A stretch of DNA of 63,498 bases, filler included, from Octopus bimaculoides (Eukaryota), in NCBI RefSeq assembly GCF_001194135.2. It is 4 parts of 4 records of this genome, joined end to end, with 100 filler letters (N's around TTAATTAATTAA, not from the genome) between each part and the next. Parts side by side here need not be neighbours in the genome. Positions count along the whole stretch, not along the records: positions 31,257 to 50,578 come from NC_068982.1; positions 50,679 to 63,498 come from NC_068985.1; 2 more parts are not named here. One strand, written 5' to 3'. Positions 37,893-52,457 of this stretch are shown here, piece by piece. The first letter of the stretch is position 1; each line of letters starts with the position of its first letter. Under the pieces are notes generated by a model. The model searched no databases. It saw nothing but the letters and a program-made list of their open reading frames with translations, and was not told the origin of the DNA. Position numbers and translations under genes: made by a program.

Positions 37893-39189
37893 TGTCCATT
37901 ATTTTGAACATTAACACGGTTGAAATATAGAGCTAAGTCCTCTTGAAATGATCTATCTCACTTCACATGGTTTACAGTTTACGAAATAACTAAATAGCTA
38001 AATTGTTGGTTTATTACAAACAATTGTCTAGTTAAAAGATATGAGAAGTTTCTTTTGTCTACTGACATTAATGTTTGCTTTTCGTTTAACCCGAAGCTGT
38101 GTCACTAACACAATTATATCACAACAGAAGTTTAATACTTCTTCAAAACTGGTATGTAAATTCTATTTTCCAAAAAAATCCGTTTTATTATTTTAGGAAC
38201 CAGTAACCAAGTAGTTTTATTCACAGGCGTTCCTTTGTAAAGGAATCGGATTAAATTCTAATAGTAAACTTACTGATACTTTTTTTAAAAAATGTAATCT
38301 CTTTAAAAAACACAGGTAGGAGTTTAAATTAAATTCCTTCTAAAACTAGATTAACATAAGCACACCTGAAAATTTTTTTCTTTACTCGCGTGAAAATTTC
38401 CCTTATATATGAGCTTCATTGAACATTAATCAAATATTATATTTCGTCAAATTTCTAACATGTGATTTGTGCGGTAACAACAAAGAAAATCACGATAAGA
38501 AAATAACTCAAAGTCTTAGTTGGAAATTTAAGGAATTAAAATATTAAAAAAAAAAAAAAAAACAACATTTTCTGTCATCAGAATGTATAGGTATTTGGAA
38601 ATGCCTATTTTGTTGAAATGTAATAAATTTCAATGATAATAAATATTATTGTTATGCTGAATGTCTTCGCGGTTTTAATCTTCTCAGCAAAGAATTTCGA
38701 AACTTTACAATGTTGTGACAAGAAATTAAAAACCAAGTTTCTGTCGATATGAAAAAAAAAAAAAAAAGCCAAAAAACATCTACATTCACGAATTAGTAAA
38801 TATACATATCTTGCTAATGATTGAAGTTCGTTAGTGATGACTAGTTATAAATTTCATCAAACATAGCGAAAATCTTTTAATCACTTTCTCGACTTTAATG
38901 AAACAAGCTTCAGTTATAGAAAACTATTTTCATAGACAGCAAGAACATTATATTTTGTAAATAAAGGATATGAAGTAAGAAAACATATTTTAGAGCGTTG
39001 TTATCAGAATATGTATTATGAGAAATTCCAATACGGTAATAAAGAAGAACAACAACACACTCGGCAAATTTCCCACGTAGCAACTAGACCACCCACTCCC
39101 AACCAACCGAGAACTCAACCACAAACTATCCAGACTGAAACAATCTATCTACAACATCTTAAGGAAGGAATCGAAAATAATACCAAACT

Positions 39190-40880
39190 TAACCAAAGTG
39201 CAACATAAAACATTGACAAAACTAGAAAACAAAAACCTTATCTACTTTCCACCAGTAAAGGATAAGAAATCTGCGTGATTTCTTGTGAAATTTATGATAG
39301 ACTGGCACAAGAACATTTAATCAATGACAGACTATATTCTGAAGTAACAGATACAACTGCGACCAGGATGGAGGATTGAATTAACTCTGCATGGACTGAA
39401 ACTTGCAGACGGAGACAACTACATAGTAAATACAAGAACAACTTCATCAGAAAGAACAGTAGATTACCCAGATTCTATCGCCTCATTAAAACACACAAGG
39501 ATAGCAACACGATCCAGATTAGACCCATCGTCTCCAGCGTGGAAGGACCTCTATATAAAATATCCTGGCACCTTTCCCACATCCTGAAACCCATACTCCC
39601 CACCTTTCCTGGTCACGTCAAGAACGACGAAGTCATCAAAAGATTGCGCCACTGCCCCCAGATCAACTCAGACAAAACAGATATGCCTTTAGTTTTTACG
39701 TTATCTCAATATACACAAAGGTACCAGCACACTCGGCGGGCAACCTATTGACTGACTTCATAGTAGTATCCGACATCCACTGCTTCTGACTCACCGCAGC
39801 TGATATACATCAACTATTGTCCATCATCGTGGACAATACCTCCTTCTCTTTCCAAGATCACATATACAGACAAGAGGTCTCCCCATGGGTTCCAGTCTCT
39901 CGGGCCTATTAGCCATCACCTATATGAACCATCCGGAACGTCGAGCATTCAACATCTGCCGCTCATGCGCCTTCTTCACCAGGTACGTATATGACATCCT
40001 CATATTCCCGTGAAGCGGCAGACAGAATATTCACGACGTTCAACAACATGAATATACGGTTCACTATAGAACATCCCAACAACACTGAATCCCTATCGCT
40101 ACTCGACTTCCAACTGAAAATAACGGAAGAAGGAGAGATCTACACCAAGTTCTACAGGAAAGCATTCATTAGAGATATGTTTGTTCAGTACAATTCAGCC
40201 TTTCCACTGGGTGCCAAAATAGGATACGCCAGAAATGAAGTTGCACGCATCCAGAACAAGTGCAGCAGGGCAGAGTACAAGGTGACCCATATCACACATT
40301 TCCTAGAGATATTGAAAAGCAACGGGTACCCTATATCCATTGTAAATTAGCTTAAGTAGCCAAAACGAAAAACACACTGAACACACAGAAAACCCAGTAA
40401 CACATACTTCCTTAAAATACCCCATTTTAGCGAGAGGATAAGTACAGCCATCCAAAGAGCGATAAGAAGAGAGAAGGATTAGACATACACTAGCCCACTT
40501 TGGCCCATCTCTGAGAAGAAAACGAGCAAAGAAACGAGCAAGGGACAACAATCAATGCACATAAGCTAACTGCCCCATCCGTGACACAGATTTATGCCAA
40601 CGGGTAAATGTTGTGTATGGAATACAATGTAACAAATGGAACAAGCTCTATGTGTGTAGCACAACAAGACCGTTACACGTCCGCATCAAAGAACATCTGA
40701 ACACGAGAGCCTCCTCCTTTATAAAACATCTAGACAGATGCCGGAACACCGATAAAAGCATAAATCACAATTGAAGCAAATGAAATAAATTTGGTTAAGC
40801 TAAGAATTAAGGAAGCTATCCTCATAGACAGACTAGGGCCCCAAATTAACAACAGGCTGGAAGTTGGCAATCAATATATT
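39190..40880 (+). mobile_element. Penelope-like element (RT plus GIY-YIG), pseudogenised
   Basis: LPRFYRLIKTHK...IRPIVSSV, GLPMGSSLSGLLA, RYVYD (39981-39995; YVDD position), RFTIEH...LSLLD, NVVYGIQC..NKLYVCSTTRPLHVRIKEH from 40607. Confidence 0.9.
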
Positions 40881-41317
40881 ATTTAGCTACATCTGGATGC
40901 GTGTAAGTTCATTTTGTATTATAAAAAAGAGAAGGAAACTGCACGTAGTGTACATAACTTAAAAACAGCACTGCGGATTGCCAACACACACGAGCTTGAG
41001 ACATGGCCGCCCTCTCGCACTTCGTATGAAGAATTCTGGAAGGAGCTTCATGCGACCACCGCAGAGACGCTTCCGGAAAAAAAATTCAGTAACCACTGGA
41101 AAACCGATTATAGCAGTGACTCGATCATTTCCTAGCGATATCGGAAGAAGGAATTTTTTATATTCCGAATTATTTTTATATCAGACTATGGATAATTAAC
41201 TATAACAGTTATTACAATCCAGTTTGCATTGTTGTGCCATTCAAGACACGTTATATTTTGAGAAAAATGTTTAATTTCATGTAACTTTTAAAATGATTTT
41301 ACACGATAATTAAAACA

Positions 41318-41522
41318 AGTTTTTGGCTCAAGGCCAGTAATTTTGCAAGGGTGGGGAAGTCAATTACATTGGCCTCAGTACTCAACTGGTACTTACTTTA
41401 TCCACTCCAAAGGACAAAAGGCAAAGGAGACCGCGGCGGAATTTGAACTCAGAACATAAAGACGGACGAAATGCTGACATACATTTTGCTCGAACTGATA
41501 GCAATTCAGCCAGTTTACCTTC
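41318..41522 (-). mobile_element. Family-A SINE, diverged
   Basis: ctcaactggtacttactttat...ggcggaatttgaactcagaac. Confidence 0.82.
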
Positions 41523-44500
41523 TACGTTTTATAAGTATCAATGATAGAAAGAAACATTTAATGAAATACACTAATTGCAGAGTATTGTACTCATTACAGA
41601 CATATAAGACGTAGCGTATGTTGCATTAGGAAATATCGTTTAAATTTGTAGCGAATTTTGTTTAGGTTATCTTATATGAAATTATCTGATGAAATCAGTT
41701 TACCTCACTGAATATGTGAATTGATTCCTTTGCTCATAGATCTACGTGTAATTACTGTAGTTTCTTGTAAGTAGACCATGGAACGACCAGGACAAAAATT
41801 CCCTTTTTCTCTTTTAATATTTCAGGTAAAATTAAAAAAAATATATATTTTCCTGGTAAACTTAGAAAACTAAACTGAGAGTTAATCTAGATTATAATAA
41901 TATTTCGCTTGTTCATAATTGTCTTTCTGTAACTATATACCTTTGAGAATTTAAAAAAAATTTCTAGGATAATATTTGACTGATATGCAAATATGTTAAA
42001 TCATGAGCCTTTACTAATTTCACTCCGTAGACTGCAGCAATGCTTAAGCATCTCCTTCGAATACTTGAGTTAGACTACATCGGCCCAGTTCATTTGATAT
42101 GTATTTCATTAAAAGCATAAGAAACGAAATGTCATATCGATTCGGTTCCAGCAGGATGTATATGACAAACATCTACACAGTTTGTCCCCAAACCTTCACT
42201 TACGAAGCTTTTCCCGGCCTGAGACAATGGCAGAAAGTATTTTAACAGAAAGTATTTTAACCATACATCCATGTTCCCATAATTTACTGAACCTCGTTAG
42301 TCGCACATTTCTATAATATAAACAATCATCAGGTTTCTGACAGAAATGTATATGAGACGGGATTGATAACACCACGAGAATTCCTTTATTTCATTATAAA
42401 ACGTAAGCTATCATACTGTTGGACCCGCTTTGAATCTCATGAAATTCGGTTTATATGAGATTTCTAATATTCCTGTCAGTATCTATCTGAAATATTGTTT
42501 CGCGCCAATATTCTAATACCAGGTGCAGGATAAAGATAAATTTAGCATACATCGCACAGGGATGTCTTAACTTCCTTATACTTATTGTCTCTCCCTCGTT
42601 TCTGTCTCACATTTCGAATTGTTGTTGCCATTAATACATATCGATATATGTGGCACAACTTCCATGGTCACATGATCAAGTTATATCAGTCAGTATTTCT
42701 GGAGCACATTTTAATTATATCCAGTTCAATATTTATTCGAAACAGGCAAATATTACGACTCTGGAAAGCTCCCATGTTCTGAAAATACTGCTACCAAAGT
42801 TAGAATTGAATACCTTGTTGGAGACCATTATGAAAATTTTAGCATATCATAATTCTCATATATTTTATGAGAAGAGAATTTTGCGACAGCTGTAGAATAG
42901 TTGAACACACAAATTAAATTCTGAATATTTCGGTATATGAGTTCTGTTATATTTATGTATATAAATAAAGTGTGTTATTTGTGAAAATACTTCACAGAAA
43001 GTTATAAAGTAGGGTATGATCCACAAACTCCAAAGTTTGTGAATAAGTAAAGAAAAACAAATTATTGATTGAAATTGTACAAACCAAATTATTCACGATC
43101 GATATGATTTGGTATATATAACATCTGAATTTTGCTAGCTTATTTCACTGGTTAATAGTTTTGTTTTGCCTACATTATTGATCAATAAGGGTGCCAGCAC
43201 TCATTTGAAAGTGTTTAAATCGATACTTAATTGCATGACTAGAATTGTTTTGTTGTTTTTCATTTCCATCAGTAGAAGGAGGTTTACAATAATAGTAGAC
43301 ATTATAAAGGCAAAACATATTTAAAAGGAAGTTATAATTATGCTCCATTGTATTGTGTAATGGCTTCCAAAGTGCTTCAATAACAGTCTTCTAGCACCGA
43401 TATAATTCTAAAGGCAGGATGTTGTGATCTTTTTTATTTGAGTCAAACTGTATTCCAATATTTCTATACCGGAATAAAAGCACATTATTAACACTACATT
43501 ATGTTTCTACCTTAGGCATACACACGGCCATGAGAAAATAGCTGTAATAAAAATGTTACAAAAAAAGGTTGTTTAGATTAGTTAGTATGCTGGGATATAT
43601 CAAATGACTTTAGCGCTATACGCTAGAAGTTTGGTGTTCATCTATCAACTAACTGCAAATAAAATGGTTGAGCAATTATTGATTACGAATTGGTACGATT
43701 TACTCTGAAATAACGCTATTTATATATTGATTAATCAATCAGTGAAATGACAATAAGTAGTTCCTTATAAATTAATTCAACTGTAAGAAATCACTTATAT
43801 CTAAATAAAATTAAGAATACGTTGTAGAACACTTAAAAGAAATAAACAACTTTTGAGAAACACCACGTGTGTGAAAGTGTGTGTGTTTGTGGACATTGTA
43901 ATCTACCGTGATAATTTTAGCTATTTGATTCACAAAATGCAATTCTTTCTTCCATTTTGGACAATGACAAGTAGTCAAGATTAAAACCATCATTATGCCA
44001 TTGGTAACCTTTAGCAGTGTTTACTCGGTTGCACAAGCATTTGGGCTTTCTATCTGAAAAATAGAATTATCATAAATTTCTCTGAACAATATCGAGAATC
44101 TAGTAGAATTTCTTACAAAGTTTAGAATATAAACGTTCTCATAGTCACCCGAAATAAATGCTTTCAAAAACTTACGAATGTACCAGTATATATGTATGCA
44201 GAAGATGACAAATTACAAATCAGCCTATTCATGCCTCTCCGTGTGTCATTACGTGACTATTTCTAGAAGAGAGTGTGAACTCTGCAGGTGTAACTACGAG
44301 GTTATCACGAGAAGAAAATTGAATTCATTTCAAGAAAAAATGTTTCGCAGACAACGGAAACATTTATTGTTCGATTGAACACATTAATAAAATAGTGACC
44401 TATTTTTTAACAAGGAACAAACAAGAATGTATGAGCGAGTGAACAGGAATCAAACGAATATATGAAACATCACATCAGTTTTAATACAATGAGAAATTAT

Positions 44501-44889
44501 ACATATTTTTTATAATAAAGTGGCTCTTCTAGTATCTACAGTTGGATGGTGCTAATGGAGGATATAGGTTAGCATTACTCTAACAGCAATTAGTGCTGGT
44601 TGAACAAACACAGGTTTCACTCTAACATGAATGTTAGTGGTAATCCCAAAAGTATGTGTAGTGAATGAAGAACGTATGTTAATATCATGTGCTGTACAAA
44701 GTTTAATTTAGAGGGTGTTATTGATATTTAGTGATGAACATTAGGAAAATGTGCCGCTCGTCGCATGGTAGCGACCGTATTAACTCATGCAACTGCGGAG
44801 CCCTTAATGAATATTAAGTAAACATAAACGGGAATTGAAACTAAGGACAAACTCAGCTCATTGCGAGTTTACTGCTAATATACAGACAT

Positions 44890-44906
44890 ATATATATCTA
44901 TACCTA

Positions 44907-44992
<86 letters not shown>

Positions 44993-45022
44993 TCTCTCTG
45001 TATATATATATATATATATATA
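44890..45022. repeat. Compound microsatellite (ATCT)n-(CT)n-(AT)n
   Basis: Direct reading. Confidence 0.95.
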
Positions 45023-45914
45023 TGGTGTGAATGCACATATAGAAAGAGGGGAGAGAGAACTGTGTGATTGTTTTGTTACATTTCTTCACGTGTGAGTGAT
45101 ATGTGACAGAGAGTGTATTTCTGCCTAAATCTATTTCTGTATATCTGCAATCAGTTCCTTTCAGACAACTTGTTAACTCTATTCATATATGACTTACAAA
45201 CCGACTGATTTTAAATAATAGAGCATAAAAACATCCTTTACTTCAATTCTTAACCATTAACTATTCACATTTGCAAGTGTTTTTATTTGTGAGTCAGCAT
45301 GTATTTCACCCTTTTCCCCATTTCTTCCGCGCTCTTTCTTTCTCTCTCTTTCTCTGAGTCTCTGATATATCCCCACACATACACACACATTTCAGACACT
45401 TCTCCTTCTTACAAACCACATCTCTATTCTCCACCAATCTCCCTTGATACTCTGTCTGTCTGTCTCTCTCACTCTCATACAAAACTTTTATGTACATGTT
45501 TTGAAAAGCATGTTTTACACAGTCACAAAATCTAAGCTATTTACTTTATTATTTCTATTACTTTGTACTTATGTAAGGAATGCAACATAGTGTCCCAGTC
45601 TATAAATATTATTTATGTTGTTGTTGTTACTGTTATTTATGAATACAACTGTGTAGCAGATATAACTTCATACCGGAATAAATGCAGTTCAGTGTCTACT
45701 TATGGTCTCTCTGCTCTGAGTTCAAATACTACCGGCTACTAAATGAAGTCTATTAATGTATAGTATTTAATTTAATGAAGTATATTGCACCCCTGCCAAA
45801 AGTAAATACATCAACGTCATTATTATTATTATTATTGATACGAAGCTTTCTATAGACATTGGAATGTTACTTTGCGTAATAATACACATTTGATGCCTTC
45901 TTATATTTAATGTA

Positions 45915-46123
45915 ATAATCCTTTCTACTAAAGGCATAAGGCCTGAAATTTGGGGGCGGGGATAGTCGATTACATCGACTAAACTGGTGCTTAATTTATC
46001 GTCCCCGAAATGGTGAAAGGCAAAGTCAACCTCGGTGGAATTTGAATTCAGAATGTAGCGACGGGTGAAATACCGCTAAGCATTTCGTCCAGCGTGCTAG
46101 CGATTCTGCCAGCTCGCGGCCTT
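45915..46123 (-). mobile_element. Family-A SINE
   Basis: Near-complete copy. Confidence 0.88.
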
Positions 46124-47955
46124 TATCTCTAATATAATAATATATGGAGATTGTTTATTTTGGTACAAGATAATGCACATATAATCCATGAAATGTTGAA
46201 ATTATCTCAAGAAAATAAGTGGGTGGAATGATGTTATGGCTGTGAATTGAACCTAGGTCACAGACTCGCTTCCAGTGGAGGTTAACCATTGAACTGAATT
46301 ACTGTGAATTTGATAAGAAGGAAAAATATTTATCTGTTTTACTCTCAAGACCCTTATTTATTTTGATTTTCATATAGAGTTCCTACTGGCAAAGTATATT
46401 AACATATTTAATCTGAGCCAGAATGGTGAAATGAAATCCATACTAATGCTTCGTTTTATACTGTAAATAACCGTTTTCAGTCAACGTTAATATGAAATAT
46501 TTACAAAACTGCATCTATTTTCAGCTGTATCTTCACAGTGCTCGACGTCGCTGATGAGATGACAAATATCTTGAGGCAAGATATTAGTACGAAAAAAAAT
46601 TCAATTAAGGGCGACAGCTTACAGAGACTGACACTTTAAAACCTTCTATGGATAAGAATTCGAAACTTTTGTTGGCCGTGATACATATTTTATATATTTC
46701 CTACCTCATAACTATTCGTACTCAAACTGCCTATTTGTGAACAGGTTTAAATATGCTCACACACGTCCACGCGTTTTTGTTGACTTGTGACAGGTAAATG
46801 CTAGCATGCAACCCTTATACAAATTATAGAGGGAAGTTTGCATTACGTTTAGTATGCATGTGTATGCGCAACATTAACTATAAATGATTTAACAACTGTA
46901 TATTACAAAAAGAAAGTCCGCTATACTTCAACACAGGGAGAATAAGATATACCGTTAAATCGCTAGTAGTTTCCGACTCATAATGGATGAAGGCGGGTAG
47001 CGAAAGCTTCTTTCATGTCTATATAAGTAATTTACACAGGGTGGAAATAGCAGATTTTGTGTGGCTGCACATCCCAAAGAGTTCATAATAAAAACAGATA
47101 TGAAATAGTGAGCATTGAATATTCCCACAATTAAAACTGAAAATTAGTAGTACGTACCTGAAAATTGCGAATTTCTTAGAAGAGTCCACGACACTTAGAT
47201 GTGTCCATGACCCCCTCACCTCAAACATTTAGGATTTCACATTAAGCATAACAATAGCGGATCGCTCATCTTTCCACGGATAAATTGTTTTTCAGCATAT
47301 CCACTACATGTTACAATAATGTGCTAGAAATAAACAAGATTAGTAAGGGAATTAGCTACACAGAAACCATTCCCCACTAGGCCTAAGAGGCGCAAATGCA
47401 AGAAAAATCACAAGGTTCGATCCACCATACCGCTTAAATCAGATCACTATTTTCCCTATGTATTTCTTACATTCCTAGTTACTGTAGCAACTTTACCGCA
47501 TTTTCACTTCACTGTCCAAAGCCGTCACAACAAATGAGCAGTACATGCAAGACACCAATACCAACTACATATCGAAAGAACGTAAAGCCACGGTCATTCG
47601 TAATTAACAAACACTGCACCAGCTCTTGTTTTGTAATCACGCTGAAAGTGTATGTATATACGAGTATGTATACATACACACATTCATATACATGCAACCA
47701 CATCTATACGTATATGTATATATGTTTTTACATTGATCAAACATCTAATATAAAACCCATAACGTTAATACTTGAGTATAGTGAGAAATGGTAGACAATT
47801 TGACAATGTATTCTTCGTTGCAAAATAGAGAGCCAACTTTTGATATAATATACTATGTATTATACATATTATAGTGAACCCCCCACATGTATATCTACAT
47901 ATACATATGCATCAATATTTGTTTGTTTGTGCGCGTGTATGTGTGTGTTTATGTG

Positions 47956-47999
<44 letters not shown>

Positions 48000-48024
48000 C
48001 ATACATATACTTATTTAAAAGCTA

Positions 48025-48072
<48 letters not shown>

Positions 48073-48783
48073 ATATATATATATATANNNNNNNNNNNNN
48101 NNNNNNNNNNNNNNNNNNNNNNNNNNNNNNNNNNNNNNNNNNNNNNNNNNNNNNNNNNNNNNNNNNNNNNNNNNNNNNNNNNNNNNNNNNNNNNNNNNNN
48201 NNNNNNNNNNNNNNNNNNNNNNNNNNNNNNNNNNNNNNNNNNNNNNNNNNNNNNNNNNNNNNNNNNNNNNNNNNNNNNNNNNNNNNNNNNNNNNNNNNNN
48301 NNNNNNNNNNNNNNNNNNNNNNNNNNNNNNNNNNNNNNNNNNNNNNNNNNNNNNNNNNNNNNNNNNNNNNNNNNNNNNNNNNNNNNNNNNNNNNNNNNNN
48401 NNNNNNNNNNNNNNNNNNNNNNNNNNNNNNNNNNNNNNNNNNNNNNNNNNNNNNNNNNNNNNNNNNNNNNNNNNNNNNNNNNNNNNNNNNNNNNNNNNNN
48501 NNNNNNNNNNNNNNNNNNNNNNNNNNNNNNNNNNNNNNNNNNNNNNNNNNNNNNNNNNNNNNNNNNNNNNNNNNNNNNNNNNNNNNNNNNNNNNNNNNNN
48601 NNNNNNNNNNNNNNNNNNNNNNNNNNNNNNNNNNNNNNNNNNNNNNNNNNNNNNNNNNNNNNNNNNNNNNNNNNNNNNNNNNNNNNNNNNNNNNNNNNNN
48701 NNNNNNNNNNNNNNNNNNNNNNNNNNNNNNNNNNNNNNNNNNNNNNNNNNNNNNNNNNNNNNNNNNNNNNNNNNNNNNNNNTA

Positions 48784-48814
<31 letters not shown>

Positions 48815-49934
48815 TCAAATTTCATTATTTTATATTGTATATGTTGGGAACTCTGTCAACAGCTGAGAAGCAGATAGTAGTTATGTAGTTATAAATGTCT
48901 AAATGGGAAACCGCTGCATGAGTTACAGGAGGCAGAAGCAATTATTCTTTATGGTTTTATTGTAAAGACCGTTCGATAGAAATTACCAAACACACGCGAA
49001 ACCATTCAGAGCTGTAATTTTCACAGCATGATGGTAGTGGTTACTTGATTTTTAAGCAAAGTTATAAATACAGTAATCGATATGCTGTCAGATATTTTTG
49101 GAGAATAGCGTAAAAATGTTTTGTCAGGAAGGTACTTTAAGATTTAAACGGTGCACTGTAAGAAGGATCATTGCCCTCGGGCAGGTGCGTATATATCATT
49201 GGAAATGTTACCTAACTTGCAGCCTATGATGCATTCAGTGATAACTTTTCAGAAGCTAAATTAAAATACAAATGTGCGTGAATCAACTAAAAGTAAAGAC
49301 TATTTATGAGATGTATCCAGATTAAGTTTCAAATATGCATAGAAAAGCCATAGTTTATAAAACCGACATTCACTAAGCTTTCCGCCATGAAAAAAAAAAT
49401 GATATAACCTTATTCAAGGAATTAAAAACTTGTCTATTCTACATTCCAGTTTTATTGAATGATCGGTACGGTATAAAAACATTTCGTTCATTTCAAATAC
49501 ATTAGCTACCGCACATTTAATACTCTTACACAGCTAAAAATGCCTTTCACTTTTAGATTCATCCAAAGATGCAAACAATTCTCTTTCATTGATCCAGCTC
49601 AGATTTTTTTCATTTATGTTTGTTTTCCTACGATATAAAATATTTTAATGCGGTTCACTATACATTACACTTTCTCCCTTAAGCATTAGGAATATTCGCT
49701 AAGTGTGAATAATATTGTGTTTGTTACACAATTACAATATGCCCTTGGCTCAATATTGTGTTTATTGCACAATTACAAAATACCATAACTTAAATGTTAC
49801 AGTAAATGTGTTGTATTATCTAGACTTGTTCCTATGTGTTCGAAGTTCAATTCTCACCTGTTACAATGGTAGATTTTCATTTTTATTGTTCAATGAAAAT
49901 ACAGTTTATTTCATTCGGTAAATTAAGCACTTGT

Positions 49935-50157
49935 ATCATATAGGTTTCAAATTTTGGCACAAGGCCAGCATGTTCGGGAAGGATGTAAGTCGAGTACAAC
50001 GGCTCCAGTGCGCAACCGGTACTCTTTTTATCGACCCCGAGAGGACGAAAGGTAAAGATGATCTCGGCGGAATATGAACTCGGAACCTAAAAGACAGACG
50101 AAATGCTGCTAAGCATTTTGCCCGTCGTGCCAACTATTCTGCCAGCTCGCCGTCTTA
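49935..50157 (-). mobile_element. Family-A SINE
   Basis: Near-complete copy. Confidence 0.88.
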
Positions 50158-52402
50158 AGTACTTGTATCATACTGAAATTTATTCAGCTGAATGCAATCT
50201 AGTCTTACTTTGTTCTTCTGTAAGAGATTACAATGTGCTAAATCTTCCTAATAGTAGTGTTAGGTGTTGCAATAATAAAGAAAATAAGACAATGATATTA
50301 TTTTGCGAGCTACAATTAAACCGAACTGATGTTGGTTAGCTATGTACACCAATATTTTGAAAGTAAAAGTAATACAACCTCTATCGCAGAAGAAACCATT
50401 TACTAAGATATTCTAGAGAACTTATGCTCTTCAGCATGGAGTTTTTGTTTCAGTTACCTTCGTGTTTTATGGAAGTTTTAATTTATTGCTATTCCTGTTT
50501 ACGGTTTATGAATATTTTTTGTTTATTAATCAGCTGTCCCTCGGTCCGTCTGATATATATATATATAAATAAATATATNNNNNNNNNNNNNNNNNNNNNN
50601 NNNNNNNNNNNNNNNNNNNNNNTTAATTAATTAANNNNNNNNNNNNNNNNNNNNNNNNNNNNNNNNNNNNNNNNNNNNGCTCTTTTGAATCAAGTAGACG
50701 CTGGCAGTTCCAATCCGATCGCTGTCGACGTGCCTCTGCGCGCTCGACATGAGCGGCAGTGGATACACTGGCTGTCCACTTTGTTTCACATGTTAGGTTG
50801 CACATGCTAAGTTTTATTATTTCACAAATACACTCACACATACGCTTATACATATGCAATCACTCACACACACATATACGCACAACTACATCTACATACA
50901 TACACACGCACACACATATATACATACATATATATACACACATGCACACCTACACACAGACACATACTGACACACACACACCGATCAACAAATACGTTAA
51001 AAACCATACATACACGTACGTACATTTATCTACCCATATTCATGAGCATAGGTGTATCGTTGAGCACTCCATCATATATACACAGGCACATATACAGACG
51101 TGAGATGGGAAGGATGGGTATGATGAAACAGAATAATAATTATTATAATTTTTATACATTGTTCCATCTTGATAATGCATATTTGACGCGGTGGTTACAC
51201 CTTGCAATTTTCTCATTATGGTTCTTTACCAGGTTCTCATTACCCAGCAGAATACTCTATGCTTCCTCAAGGCGAAGGTCACATTTATCAGATAGCGAAT
51301 TACATGGGCGTGCATTTTTTTTTTTATTATTGATCATTTCATTTCGTATTTAATTTTTGAGTCTGCCAGTGAAGTTGCGTGTCGTCTATTTATTTTTCGG
51401 AATGACGAGATGTGGCTGCGATAACGGACTTTGAATTAGTTTTTCGTGGCAACTATTTATACGTATTTAAGTTGGGATGTGTAGATTTTGCATTCATATA
51501 CTATGTTTTGGGGGCACATTGGTTCATGCGCGGACAAGCAGATTTTCTAAGTTTATATATATATATATATANNNNNNNNNNNNNNNNNNNNNNNNNNNNN
51601 NNNNNNNNNNNNNNNNNNNNNNNNNNNNNNNNNNNNNNNNNNNNNNNNNNNNNNNNNNNNNNNNNNNNNNNNNNNNNNNNNNNNNNNNNNNNNNNNNNNN
51701 NNNNNNNNNNNNNNNNNNNNNNNNNNNNNNNNNNNNNNNNNNNNNNNNNNNNNNNNNNNNNNNNNNNNNNNNNNNNNNNNNNNNNNNNNNNNNNNNNNNN
51801 NNNNNNNNNNNNNNNNNNNNNNNNNNNNNNNNNNNNNNNNNNNNNNNNNNNNNNNNNNNNNNNNNNNNNNNNNNNNNNNNNNNNNNNNNNNNNNNNNNNN
51901 NNNNNNNNNNNNNNNNNNNNNNNNNNNNNNNNNNNNNNNNNNNNNNNNNNNNNNNNNNNNNNNNNNNNNNNNNNNNNNNNNNNNNNNNNNNNNNNNNNNN
52001 NNNNNNNNNNNNNNNNNNNNNNNNNNNNNNNNNNNNNNNNNNNNNNNNNNNNNNNNNNNNNNNNNNNNNNNNNNNNNNNNNNNNNNNNNNNNNNNNNNNN
52101 NNNNNNNNNNNNNNNNNNNNNNNNNNNNNNNNNNNNNNNNNNNNNNNNNNNNNNNNNNNNNNNNNNNNNNNNNNNNNNNNNNNNNNNNNNNNNNNNNNNN
52201 NNNNNNNNNNNNNNNNNNNNNNNNNNNNNNNNNNNNNNNNNNNNNNNNNNNNNNNNNNNNNNNNNNNNNNNNNNNNNNNNNNNNNNNNNNNNNNNNNNNN
52301 NNNNNTATATATATACATATATATGTGTATATGTATGTATGTATGTATGTATATATATATGCATATGCATTTATATGTGTATATATATATATATATAAAT
52401 AT

Positions 52403-52457
<55 letters not shown>

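Noticed and set aside
50749-50791. ATG...phase-1 donor CAT|GTTAGG as Dscam first exon
   Set aside because: Peptide MSGSGYTGCPLCFT has no hydrophobic core
51042-51353. 103-aa ORF with hydrophobic patches as a Dscam 5' exon
   Set aside because: No suitable Met plus phase-1 donor combination and no recognisable motif
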